Positions 35,156-47,138 of a stretch of DNA of 64,000 nucleotides are shown one piece after another; position 1 is the stretch's first letter, and the number at the start of each line of letters is the position of its first letter. Below the pieces are notes generated by a model. The model ran no database searches. It had not been told where the DNA came from and worked only from the letters and a program-made list of their open reading frames with translations. The stretch comes from an uncultured Acidobacteriota bacterium (lineage in GTDB: Bacteria > Acidobacteriota > Vicinamibacteria > Vicinamibacterales > CAVVIG01): positions 76,868 through 140,867 of the forward strand of contig CAVRVW010000002.1 in assembly GCA_963724695.1 (NCBI GenBank). Reading direction: 5' to 3'. Position numbers and translations under genes: made by a program.

Positions 35156-36183
35156 TCACTTGACCGGCTTTTCGTGATGCCCGCCGAACTGGAAGCGCAT
35201 CGCCGACAAGCACCTTGTTCTGGAAGTCGGCCTCGCCGCGCGACGAGAACCGCTCGTAGAGGGCCGCGGTGAGCACCTCGGCCGGCATCGCCTTCGTCGA
35301 TGGCCGCCAGGATGGTCCAGCGCCCCTCGCCGGAATCCGACACGCGCCCCGAGAAGTCGTCGAGGTCCGGCGACTTGAGCGAGCGACGCTCGCCGTCAGG
35401 TCGAGCAGCCACGAGGCGACGACGCTGCCCGCGCCGCCAGACCTCGGCGATGTCCGGCAGGTTGAAGTCGTACTGGTAGTGCTCGGGATTGCGCAGCGGC
35501 GTCGTTTCGGCGTCCACCTCGCGTCCCCGCTTCTTGCCGACGTTGGCGTGCTTCAGGATGTTCAGCCCTTCGGCATACGCCGCCATCAGGCCGTATTCGA
35601 TGCCGTTGTGGACCATCTTGACGAAGTGGCCGGCGCCGTTCGGGCCCGCAGTGGAGATAGCCGTCTTCGGCGGTACCGCCGACGCTTCTCGCGTCCGGGC
35701 GTCCGCGCGACATCGCCGCGGCCCGGGGCCAGGCTCCTGAAGATCGGGTCGAGGTGCTTCACGATCTCCGGCTCGCCGCCGATCATCATGCAGTAGCCCC
35801 GCTCGAGCCCCCACACGCCGCCGCTGGTGCCGACGTCCACATAGTGGATGCCCTTCGCCGCCAGCTCCTTCGCGCGCCGGATGTCGTCGACGTAGTACGA
35901 GTTGCCGCCGTCGATCAGGATGTCGCCCTTCTCGAGGTGCGGCAGGAGATCGGCGATCGCCCTGTCCACGACGCCAGCCGGCACCATCAGCCAGATCGCG
36001 CGCGGCTTCGCGAGCTTCTTGACGAGGTCCGCCTGCGAGGAGGCGCCGACCGCCTTCTCCTTGGCGAGGTCTGCCACCGCCTTGCGGTGACATGTCGAAC
36101 ACGACACACTCGTGGCCGCCGCCGATCAGCCGGCGCACCATGTTCGCCCCCATTCGTCCCAGGCCGATCATTCCGAGCTGCAT
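35156..36183 (-). CDS. gnd: Decarboxylating 6-phosphogluconate dehydrogenase (short type); frameshifted
   Basis: [40 protein letters not shown]. Confidence 0.92.
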
Positions 36184-36205
36184 GCCCGCGTCCCTCTTCT
36201 CGTCA

Positions 36206-38840
<2,635 letters not shown>

Positions 38841-38935
38841 TGGAGGCCTTTTTCAGGTTGCAGCGAGTCCTTGCCGGCGCTCCAGCGTAGCAAAGACGCG
38901 GGAACGGCGGCCGATTTCTTCGCTGGACATCGCGA

Positions 38936-39565
38936 TCACCGCGTTCCGTGGATACTACGGAGGCGCTGGCGGACATTCTCGATCACGTCCGGCAGTGCCT
39001 GCACCGCACCGCGTCGCACGAGCCAGCCAGGGATGCGCCCGCCGGGGTTGACCGCTATCTGATACACCACGCGTGAGCGCATGGTATCCAGCCGCTCGAG
39101 CGTCCAGGATCCGCGGAGCAGCGGCATGCGCACCGTTCCCTTGCGCTCAGCTCGACCCGTCACCTCGGACCAGCTGCACCCGACCATCCCCGGCGCATCC
39201 GACTGGCCCCGCACGTGCAGCACGACGTCGCGAGCGGCGACCACGAAATATCTCGGAGCGTACCGAAGGTAGATCTCGTAGTCGGAAGGGACGCGGCCAT
39301 CAACCACGGACGCCTCGGTCACGTCTGGAACGAGCGCCTTGTAGTGGGACAGATCGCACACCACCGGGAATATCCCGTCGACCGGGAACGGCAATTCGCT
39401 CGTCGCCCGCACCTCTCGGGCCCCCAGCGCTGCATCGTCCCTGAAGGCGAGCGTGACGCCGTCTTTCGTGCCCCCGCTCGTCCAGTCAGCGCTGCCGGTG
39501 ACGGGAACCGAACTGCCCACGATGAGCCCGAGCGCTCCGACGAGCGAGACGGCGCGCGACCGCAT
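38936..39565 (-). CDS. START/SRPBCC domain protein, secreted
   Basis: Signal peptide; RDVVL, GSWTL, NPGGRIPGWLV. Confidence 0.75.
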   Translation of the reverse strand: MRSRAVSLVGALGLIVGSSVPVTGSADWTSGGTKDGVTLAFRDDAALGAREVRATSELPFPVDGIFPVVCDLSHYKALVPDVTEASVVDGRVPSDYEIYLRYAPRYFVVAARDVVLHVRGQSDAPGMVGCSWSEVTGRAERKGTVRMPLLRGSWTLERLDTMRSRVVYQIAVNPGGRIPGWLVRRGAVQALPDVIENVRQRLRSIHGTR

Positions 39566-39744
39566 GTGCGCCATTATGACTCTGCCTCGTGCGGGGCGGA
39601 CGCCTGTGGTTGTGTTAGGACATGCGCCGCGCGGAACGCGGCCTTCCGCAAGCAGCCTGGGTCTTCGGAGCGGGGCCCGGGATCTGACGAGAAAGACAGG
39701 GACTCTTCAGATGCCGAAGGTGCGGTGCTCACTACAATGGAACA

Positions 39745-40362
39745 ATGAAGAGCTTCGTGACGCGTGCCGGATTACTCCTCGCCGTCTTGGCGGCTGCCTG
39801 TTCGTCTTCGACGCCAGCCCCACCTGTACCTCGCGTTCCCGAGCTCTGGGGAGATCTCACGCCGGTCGTCTCCGTCAAGGAGCTGATGCGCGACATGCTG
39901 GATCCGCTCTCCGACAACATCTTCAACGCGGTGGGAGACGTGGTCACCGAAAAGGGTGTCGTGCAAATGATGCCGAAGACCGACCAGGACTGGGAGAAGA
40001 TCCGAATCGGGGCAGTCACGATGGCGGAAGGGGCGTATCTGCTCAAGATTCCCAGGCCGTTCGCCCCGCCCGGAGACCTGAACAACAGCACGGGCCCGAA
40101 CGCGCCGGAGTTGTCGCCCGCGCAGATCACAGCCAAAGTCGAAGCTGACCTGGTCGAGTGGAATGCCAGGATCGAGGCCCTGCGAAACGTTGGGCTCGAG
40201 GTGCTCGAGATTGTGAAGCGGAAGGACGTCAACGAGTTGTGGGACGCCGCCGAAAACCTCGACCAGGCGTGTGAGAATTGTCACCGCAGCTACTGGTATC
40301 CGGGCGAAGACGCCAAATTCTACGAGAAGCTCAGAGATCGTCTTCAGGAACTGCCGCGATAG
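39745..40362 (+). CDS. Lipoprotein with C-terminal CxxCH (cytochrome c'-like)
   Basis: Lipobox LAAAC; CENCH near the C-terminus after predicted helices. Confidence 0.75.
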   Translation: MKSFVTRAGLLLAVLAAACSSSTPAPPVPRVPELWGDLTPVVSVKELMRDMLDPLSDNIFNAVGDVVTEKGVVQMMPKTDQDWEKIRIGAVTMAEGAYLLKIPRPFAPPGDLNNSTGPNAPELSPAQITAKVEADLVEWNARIEALRNVGLEVLEIVKRKDVNELWDAAENLDQACENCHRSYWYPGEDAKFYEKLRDRLQELPR

Positions 40363-40445
40363 GATTCTCAAGGCGGAACAGGGAAAAGTCGCGGTCGACG
40401 CTCCGGGAGCGGGCATAATACCGGCGCTCGCGAAGGAGCGTGCCC

Positions 40446-40817
40446 ATGTCCTTGAACCAGTCGACCCGAATCAGTGCGCTCGCCATCATCGGTCTTGCCG
40501 GTGCGGCCGGCGGCGTCGTTCTGTTCGGACAGGTGAGGCAGCCCCCAGCATCCGCGCCCGCCCAGGCCGCGCTCTTCACTGACGCCCAGGCGGTCACCGG
40601 CAAGGCCCTGTACGACAAGACCTGCGCCGGGTGCCACGGCGTGTCTCTCTCCGGGGGGACGGCGCCGCCGCTGACCGGCCCGTCATTTCAATCGAGCTGG
40701 GGCGGTCCGCGCGTGACCCTCGACGATCTGTTCTTCATCACCTATGCCGCCGGCGGCCGCCAGTTCATCGCGGTCTCGTCCGGAAGCCCGTCGGCGCTTC
40801 CGTCGGAGTCACGATGA
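40446..40817 (+). pseudogene. Internally deleted cytochrome c-PQQ dehydrogenase remnant
   Basis: CAGCHG domain is cut before the axial Met and joined to ITYAAGGRQFIAV, a PQQ-dehydrogenase C-terminal motif. Confidence 0.65.
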
Positions 40818-41707
40818 AGAAGAGCAAGACGCTGCAGGAGATCGCGAATCGGCTGAAGGCTCGCCCGGGCAGGAAGATTCGCCTGAAGGACTGCGACCCC
40901 GGATGGACCGGATCAATCCGGGACAGGACACAGTCGGAGGCCCTGCTTGCCGACGGCATCCGGCGGCTCGCCAGGCAGCAGAACATTCTGTACGCCGAGA
41001 ACCGGCATTCGCTGCTCCTCATCTTTCAGGCGATGGATGCGGCCGGGAAGGATGGGACCATCCGCCACGTGATGTCGGGCGTGAACCCGCAGGGCTGCCA
41101 GGTGTTCAATTTCAAGGTCCCGTCCGACGAAGAACGGGATCACACGTATCTCTGGCGCTCCATGAAGGCCCTCCCAGAGCGCGGGCGCATCGGCATCCAC
41201 AACCGCTCCTACTACGAAGAAGTCCTGGTCGTCCGCGTGCACGAGGAGATCCTCAGAGCGCAGCAGCTGCCGGAACACTTGAAGAAGAGCGACATCTGGA
41301 AGCGGCGCTTTCAGGAAATCAACGACTTCGAGCGCTATCTCGTCGAGAACGGCACCGTCGTCCTGAAGTTCTTCCTCCACGTGTCGAAGGACGAGCAGAA
41401 GCGGCGTTTCCTGGAGCGCATCGACGAGGAGGACAAGAACTGGAAGTTCTCCGTCGGCGATGCGAAAGAGCGGGCATTCTGGGACGACTACATGTCGGCG
41501 TACGAGGACGCGTTCAACCACACGAGCACGGAGGCGGCGCCCTGGTACATCGTGCCGGCCGACAACAAATGGTTCACGCGCCTGGCCGTGGCGGCGATCA
41601 TCTGCCAGACCCTCGAGGGGATGGGTCTTGCCTTCCCCAAGCTGACGCGCGCGAAGACCCGGGAACTGCAGGAAGTGCGGCGCCTGCTGCTCGCGGAAAA
41701 AGGCTGA
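40814..41707 (+). CDS. ppk2: Polyphosphate kinase 2 family protein
   Basis: QAMDAAGKDG, NRSYYE, KFFLHVSK, APWYIVPADNKW. Confidence 0.92.
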   Translation: MKKSKTLQEIANRLKARPGRKIRLKDCDPGWTGSIRDRTQSEALLADGIRRLARQQNILYAENRHSLLLIFQAMDAAGKDGTIRHVMSGVNPQGCQVFNFKVPSDEERDHTYLWRSMKALPERGRIGIHNRSYYEEVLVVRVHEEILRAQQLPEHLKKSDIWKRRFQEINDFERYLVENGTVVLKFFLHVSKDEQKRRFLERIDEEDKNWKFSVGDAKERAFWDDYMSAYEDAFNHTSTEAAPWYIVPADNKWFTRLAVAAIICQTLEGMGLAFPKLTRAKTRELQEVRRLLLAEKG

Positions 41708-41711
41708 ACCG

Positions 41712-42809
41712 TCAGTTTCCCGTCGACAATCGCTTCACGTACTTCGTCAGGCCCCGTACCGTGACCTCCGCGCCGTAGACCGTGCCCTCGGCGTCGACGG
41801 CGATGCCTTCACCGGACGCGCCCTCCGGCGTTTCTGTCAGGTGCGGCGGGATGAAGTACATCACCTTGCCGTCTCTCGCGCTGCCGATCCGGACGCCCTT
41901 CTTCCAGCCCGGGTGCGAGGTGCGGCTCGATTCGGAGTCGTTGGCGTACAGGGTGTCGTCCTTGATGAACATCCCGCTCACGCGGCTGAACTGCTTCCAC
42001 TCTTCGACGAAGGTGTAGTTCTTGTCGAACACCTGCAGGCGCACGTTGCCGCGATCGGCAACGATCAGCCGGCCGCGGGTGTCGAAGACCATCGCGTGCG
42101 GTGTGCGGAACTCGCCTGGCTCGGTGCCGAGACTGCCGAAGCTGCGCACGAACTTGCCTTCCTTCGTGAAGATGGAGATACGGCCCACGGTGCCCGGCGG
42201 GGGCGTCGCGTTCTGGCCGCCGTGCCCTTCAGAGATGAGGATGTCGCCGTTCGGCGCAAGGATGACGTCGCACGGCGAGTTGAGCGCTTCGGGCGGGTTG
42301 CCCGGCGTGCCGTCCTTGCTGCCGATCGTCATCAGGATCTTGCCCTCCGGGCTGAACTTGATGACGCGGTTGCCCTTGCCCTTCGCGTCGGGGAACTTCG
42401 CCAGCTCCTCGGCCGACGCCGCGCGCTCGTCGGTCACCCAGACGTTGCCCTCTCGGTCCACCTGGAAGCCGTGGGGGAAGATCATCGTGCCCGCGCCGAA
42501 GCTCCTCACGAGCTTGCCGGACGGATCGAACTTCAGAATCGGGTCGGCGGCCGACCCGGCGCACGAGTTGGCGCCGCACCGGTCGTAGGCCCAGACGCTT
42601 CGCCCGTCCGGGTCGATGTCCACGCCGGCTGTGGATCCCCACGTTCTCCCGGCGGGGAGCGTGCCCCAGTTCCGGATCGTCTCATAGGGGTTCGGCAGAC
42701 CGTTCACCGGCTGCACATCGGCTTGTCCGAAGGACGTCGAGCCGGGCGCCACGGCAAGAGCAGCCGTGGCCACGGCGGCGGCGAGCACGAATCGGATGGC
42801 TCGGGTCAT
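41712..42809 (-). CDS. Secreted NHL-repeat beta-propeller, PAL-like
   Basis: GGAG RBS, signal peptide, FPHGFQVD, SEGH, TPHAMVFD, VADRGNVR. Confidence 0.85.
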   Translation of the reverse strand: MTRAIRFVLAAAVATAALAVAPGSTSFGQADVQPVNGLPNPYETIRNWGTLPAGRTWGSTAGVDIDPDGRSVWAYDRCGANSCAGSAADPILKFDPSGKLVRSFGAGTMIFPHGFQVDREGNVWVTDERAASAEELAKFPDAKGKGNRVIKFSPEGKILMTIGSKDGTPGNPPEALNSPCDVILAPNGDILISEGHGGQNATPPPGTVGRISIFTKEGKFVRSFGSLGTEPGEFRTPHAMVFDTRGRLIVADRGNVRLQVFDKNYTFVEEWKQFSRVSGMFIKDDTLYANDSESSRTSHPGWKKGVRIGSARDGKVMYFIPPHLTETPEGASGEGIAVDAEGTVYGAEVTVRGLTKYVKRLSTGN

Positions 42810-42828
42810 GGTTTTCTCCATCGATGGC

Positions 42829-43302
42829 CTACTTGATCGCGTTGGCGCCCGCCTGCGACACCTGCTCGTCCTGCACGGCCTGCACGCCGCTCGTGCCGAC
42901 CGCGCCGATGAACTCGCCGCCCCGCACGATCGGAACGCCGCCCGCGAAGGTGATGCCGTTCGGCACTTCCTTGACCGTGCCTTCCTTGAGCTGGGCGCCA
43001 TACGCCGAGGTGGCGAGCTTGGACGCGACGACGGTCGCCGCCTTGCGCATCGCGATGTCGTAGGACCGCGCCGACGCGCCGTCGAGGCGCCGCAGCATCA
43101 CGGGGATCCCCGCGGCGTCGGTGACGACGATGCTGACGTTCCACTTGTTGCGTCGAGCTTCGGCTTCGGCGGCTTCGATGGCCTGCTGTGCCAGCGCATA
43201 GGTGAGCGCCTGGGGCGCCGCGGCCGGTTGCTGTGCGTTCATGAGGAAAGAAAACGCCAGGATGAAGATGAGGACGGTTCCAACAGTCGAACGACGAATC
43301 AT
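42829..43302 (-). CDS. Secreted GlcG/HbpS family heme-binding protein
   Basis: AAGGAG RBS; SIVVTDAAG, RLDGA, IAMRKA, GGVPI, GAVGTSG, QDE. Confidence 0.88.
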   Translation of the reverse strand: MIRRSTVGTVLIFILAFSFLMNAQQPAAAPQALTYALAQQAIEAAEAEARRNKWNVSIVVTDAAGIPVMLRRLDGASARSYDIAMRKAATVVASKLATSAYGAQLKEGTVKEVPNGITFAGGVPIVRGGEFIGAVGTSGVQAVQDEQVSQAGANAIK

Positions 43303-43320
43303 CGTGATGGCTCCTTGGCC

Positions 43321-43352
43321 TGTTGAGAATGTTGGTGCTGAGAATGTTGAGA
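43321..43352. repeat. Direct repeat TGAGAATGTTG x2 upstream of the heme-binding gene
   Basis: Copies at 43324-43334 and 43339-43349. Confidence 0.6.
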
Positions 43353-43403
43353 GTTGATGACGGGCTGTCATGAGTTGCGCTGCTGCAGAGACGAGCGGGG
43401 GTG

Positions 43404-44306
43404 CTATCTGCCGACGACGACGGTGATGTCTTGAGACGTGTACAGGCCGCCGTCGTGGGCGAGCGCCCGTACGACGTAAGTGCCTGGTTCTGCGAAGGTC
43501 GCGCGCGCCTGCCACGTGTTCGCCTCGGGGATCGGCGGCACCATGAAGCCCGACGACCACGGCGATCCTCCGCCGTCCCTCGTGTCTTCCCACACCTTGG
43601 TCTGCGGCGGATCGAAGGTGACCGCCCTGCCTGGCCCCCGATAGACGAAGAAGGACAGACGGAGGCCATTGGCGCCCTGCGGGAGCGTATAACTGCCGCC
43701 CGTGAGCGCCGGCATGTTCCGCTTGTTCGGCTTCCCATCGTCGGTCGCGATCGCCGCGAGCGCCACCGGCTCGCCGACTTTGGCGGTGCGGCTCTTCGCG
43801 CCTTCGATGCTCAGCGTCGGGGCCTTATTGCCGACCATGTCGGGTGAAGTGCTGAGGGCCCCGCCCGCGCCGATGTTCGACATGATGACCGTGTCGTCGA
43901 GCACGTAGTCGGGCCGCAGCGTGCCGAACGCCTTCTCCGTCCGGCCCTTGCTCGTGAGCGTCCAGACGATCTCCTTGGTGCCGAAGTCCTTCGGCACGCG
44001 GACCGTGAAGACGAAACGGTTGCGACGGGGGAAGAAGTGCGTCGGCTGACCGAGATCCGGGCCGCCCGGGTCCATGGTGTTGCCCGGGCCAAGCGAGATG
44101 GTCGTCTCCTTGTCCCACTCGCGGTTCATGTACCCGAACACGAGATCGAACGAGCCGTCCTCTCGCGCCAGCCAGCCTTCGTACACAGGTGAGATGTTCA
44201 GGTCGGCCTGGGACACCTGTGCGCGCAGCGGGTGGAACGCCGCGACGGCAAGAACCGCCGCGCTCGCGGCGACGAGGAACCGTCGCAACGTCTTCGGCGC
44301 TTCCAT
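43404..44306 (-). CDS. Secreted hypothetical protein with Ig/PKD-like C-terminus
   Basis: Signal peptide, PVYEGW, FGYMNR, QPTHFFPRR, FAEPGTYVVRA; starts 3 nt after the monooxygenase stop. Confidence 0.75.
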   Translation of the reverse strand: MEAPKTLRRFLVAASAAVLAVAAFHPLRAQVSQADLNISPVYEGWLAREDGSFDLVFGYMNREWDKETTISLGPGNTMDPGGPDLGQPTHFFPRRNRFVFTVRVPKDFGTKEIVWTLTSKGRTEKAFGTLRPDYVLDDTVIMSNIGAGGALSTSPDMVGNKAPTLSIEGAKSRTAKVGEPVALAAIATDDGKPNKRNMPALTGGSYTLPQGANGLRLSFFVYRGPGRAVTFDPPQTKVWEDTRDGGGSPWSSGFMVPPIPEANTWQARATFAEPGTYVVRALAHDGGLYTSQDITVVVGR

Positions 44307-44309
44307 ACG

Positions 44310-45759
44310 CTATTGCTGCTGGCCCGTCGTCAGGGGCGCGCGGGGCGCCGGGAGCTTTTCGAACGCGCAGAGCGGGCATCCTGGAGCGTCCTCGCCGGGC
44401 TTGAGGCCGAGACGCTGGCGCCGGGCGGCGACTTCCTCCTGGAACTTCTCGTCGGTGAGCCCGACGGCCTGCATGATCAGGATGTTCATGTTGTCGATCG
44501 ACCGGTGGCCCAGGCCCGACCAGTTGCGCGGGTCGGCGACGTTCCTGTTCGCCGGCGTGTTCTCGTAGTAGCCGGTCACGCGAAGGATCGTCCCGCGTGG
44601 CAGCAGCGGCGCGGCGTCGTCCGCGTACTGGTAGGCGCGGACCCAGCTGTGATCGTAGCCGGAGCAGCTCAGCGTCTCGATGCGCGAGCCCCAGATGGCG
44701 TCGAGGCACATCCGGACGGCGGCCGCATGCATGTGCGGCTCGAACACCGTGATCTTCATCGGCTGCGTGAGCGTCTGGAACGCTTCGATCTTCTTGCCGG
44801 AGTCGCCGCCACGGATGTCGATGTCGCCGGTGCCGACGGGGAAGATGCGCTCGTTCACCTTGGGCTGGTAGCCCTTCGGATGGAACTTGAACGCGACCTC
44901 GAGGTGGCCGGTCGTGTCCTTGCCATTCGCGTGCATGTGCACGTTCGGGAAGCCGACGCGCGAGCCGGCGCGCAGGAGCTTCCCGGCGTCGGGGTTGAAG
45001 ACGTCCGCGTTGCGCCCGACCTCGTGCACGGGCCAGCCGCCGCCGAGGCCCGCGACGCCGCTCTCGGCGGCGCCCGGAGCCAGGACGCTCATGAGCGCGT
45101 GATGGAAGATGAAGAGGCCGCCGACCGTGTTGGGTCCGGGCTTGCCCTGGGAATCGTTCACTTCCTTGATCTCGACCGCCGCGACGTAGCGATCTTCGGC
45201 GAGGCCCGTATCGGCGAACGCCGGCGTTGCCCCACCAGTCGGGCGTCACGGCCTTCAGGCTGACCGGGGGCGTCGAGACGACGAGATCGGGCGTGCCGAT
45301 GGTCCAGCCCTCGGCGCCGCCGAACACGAGCGGCTTCGGCATGTCGTCCGGGTTGCCGCGCGGCGCGCCGCTGTCCGCCCAGCGTGCGATCTTCGCCACT
45401 TCCTCGTCGCTGAGCGAGATGTCGTTCTTGTACTGCTGGATGCCGATGTCCTTCTCGATGTACCACGGCGGCATCGTGCCCTGCTTGCTGCGGATCGACG
45501 TGCGGCGCTTGATGGCCGACGCGTACGGGCGCGCCTCCTCGTAGGTGAGAAGCGACATCGGCGCGACCGAGCCGGGCCGGTGGCAGTTCTGGCAGCTGCG
45601 CTGCAGGATGGGCGCGATGTCCTTCGTGAAGGTGACCTGAGGCGTGGCCGCCGGGGTTTGCCCCCACACGACAATCGGCGCGGAAACCGCGAGAGCGACC
45701 GCACCGCCGGCGAGCGCGGAAAGCCGACGCCTCGAAGCGGTGGATGGCAAGAACGGCAT
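44310..45759 (-). CDS. Cytochrome c fused to a PHM-like type II copper monooxygenase; frameshift near 45225
   Basis: CQNCH and MPPW heme domain; FHHA, NVHMH, EPHMH and SIDNM match the CuH/CuM ligand pattern. Confidence 0.75.
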
Positions 45760-45977
45760 GTGCGGGTCCTCCTCGGACCAGGACGAAGTTACCGTCTGCT
45801 GGGTTCGACGGAACTCCGCGGATCATAGCGCGTCTCGGACGCCGCTCCATGGAGATATTTCGGGCGGTTTTTCACGCCGATTCTCAATCCAGCCGAGGGA
45901 AGGCCAGGTTGGTGGGACCGTGGAGGATGGGAAGAATGCAGGGCGCTCCGGCATTCGCCGGAGCGCCCTGTGGGTGG

Positions 45978-46439
45978 TTACCGGCCGTCGCGGTCGGCGT
46001 CGCCGGGCAGCGCACGTTCGACACGGTGCCACCCGTCTCGCACGGCATCCTTGGCGTCAGACCACGCCAAGCGCGACTTGTCCTTCGCGCGGTCCCAGCC
46101 GCGCTCGAGGCCGTCGGCCGCATCGTCCCAGGCAGCGTCGGTCTTCGCGCGCGATTCCCACCCATAACGGTAGGCGTCGCGGTAGTCGCCATAGTCGTAC
46201 CCGGTCTTCACGTAGGGACGGGTGCGATAGTTTGTGCGCCAATACGCGTCTTCGGCCGCCGGGTCGATCGCCTCGGCAATGGCGCCACCGGTGAGCCCGC
46301 CGGCGACGGCACCGACGGCTGCGCCGATCACCGCGCCGGCCGGGCCGCCCAGCGACGCACCCGCTGCCATACCCGTGACCGCGCCGCCCGCCGCCCCCAC
46401 GCCCTCGCTGACCGAGTGGTCCTTTTTCAAATTAGCCAT
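45978..46439 (-). CDS. Glycine-zipper hypothetical protein
   Basis: GAAGGAVTG and GAVAGGL zipper; EDAYWR, AYRYGW, DAVRDGW. Confidence 0.75.
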   Translation of the reverse strand: MANLKKDHSVSEGVGAAGGAVTGMAAGASLGGPAGAVIGAAVGAVAGGLTGGAIAEAIDPAAEDAYWRTNYRTRPYVKTGYDYGDYRDAYRYGWESRAKTDAAWDDAADGLERGWDRAKDKSRLAWSDAKDAVRDGWHRVERALPGDADRDGR

Positions 46440-46482
46440 GGTGCCATCCCTTCCTGAAAGTGAATCCGAGGCGATGCCCCGG

Positions 46483-46911
46483 CTAGTTGCCAACGGTCAG
46501 CTCGTTGCGCACGCGGTAACCGACGGCCTTGGTTACGGCGATCTCTTCGGCGACACTCTTCTGTGCCGAGGTTGGCACACGACCCTTCAGCGTGACGGTC
46601 TTCGTCGCGTGATCGCTGTCGACGTTGATATCGCTCGCATCGACTCGGGAATCGGCCATGAGCGCCGTTTTCACGTCCATCGTCTCCACCGCGGCATCAG
46701 CGGCGCGTCCGCCGTTGGCCACGGCTCCGCTCACAGCCGAGCCCGCGTCCTTCGCAGCATCCGCCGTCGCTGAGGCGGCTCTCTCTGCTGAGTCGCTCGC
46801 TTTATCCGCGGCCTCCGAGGCGTTGCGTTCTGCACGATCGCTGCAAGCCACTGACGTGACGGCAATCACAGCCGCCCCAATCCAGGTTGTTACCTTCGTT
46901 CGAGGTGTCAT
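46483..46911 (-). CDS. BON (OsmY-like) domain lipoprotein
   Basis: Lipobox SVAC; VKTALMAD, INVD, VTLKG, VRNELTV. Confidence 0.85.
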   Translation of the reverse strand: MTPRTKVTTWIGAAVIAVTSVACSDRAERNASEAADKASDSAERAASATADAAKDAGSAVSGAVANGGRAADAAVETMDVKTALMADSRVDASDINVDSDHATKTVTLKGRVPTSAQKSVAEEIAVTKAVGYRVRNELTVGN

Positions 46912-46934
46912 TCCTGCCTCCTCGTACCGTCAGG

Positions 46935-46950
46935 AGCAAGTCAAATGCCG
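46935..46950 (-). promoter_or_regulatory. Sigma-54 promoter for the BON/glycine-zipper operon
   Basis: Minus strand CGGCATTTGACTTGCT. Confidence 0.7.
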
Positions 46951-47138
46951 CACGACGCACGACTGATGAGCGGTGGAAAGTTCCAGGAATGGTGCACGCT
47001 GCCCACACTCTGATGAAACCGTCGCCCTGTCCGCCTCCGCCTTTTCGCTGCCCCATGTCGCACATCGCCGAACGCGCCAGCTCAGCTTTCAGGTCGCACG
47101 CGTCACCATATACTTTCCGGTTTAAGGAGACCGCGACC

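Noticed and set aside
34474-36183. Apparent Gnd-Pgl fusion (569-aa ORF)
   Set aside because: Produced by frameshifts; gnd has its own TGA at 35156-35158 and pgl its own GTG at 35154.
38860-38880. Sigma-54 motif upstream of the symporter
   Set aside because: Spacing is GG-N9-GC, not the required N10.
41712-43001. N-terminal extension of the NHL protein overlapping the heme-binding gene
   Set aside because: RBS and signal peptide place the start at 42809.
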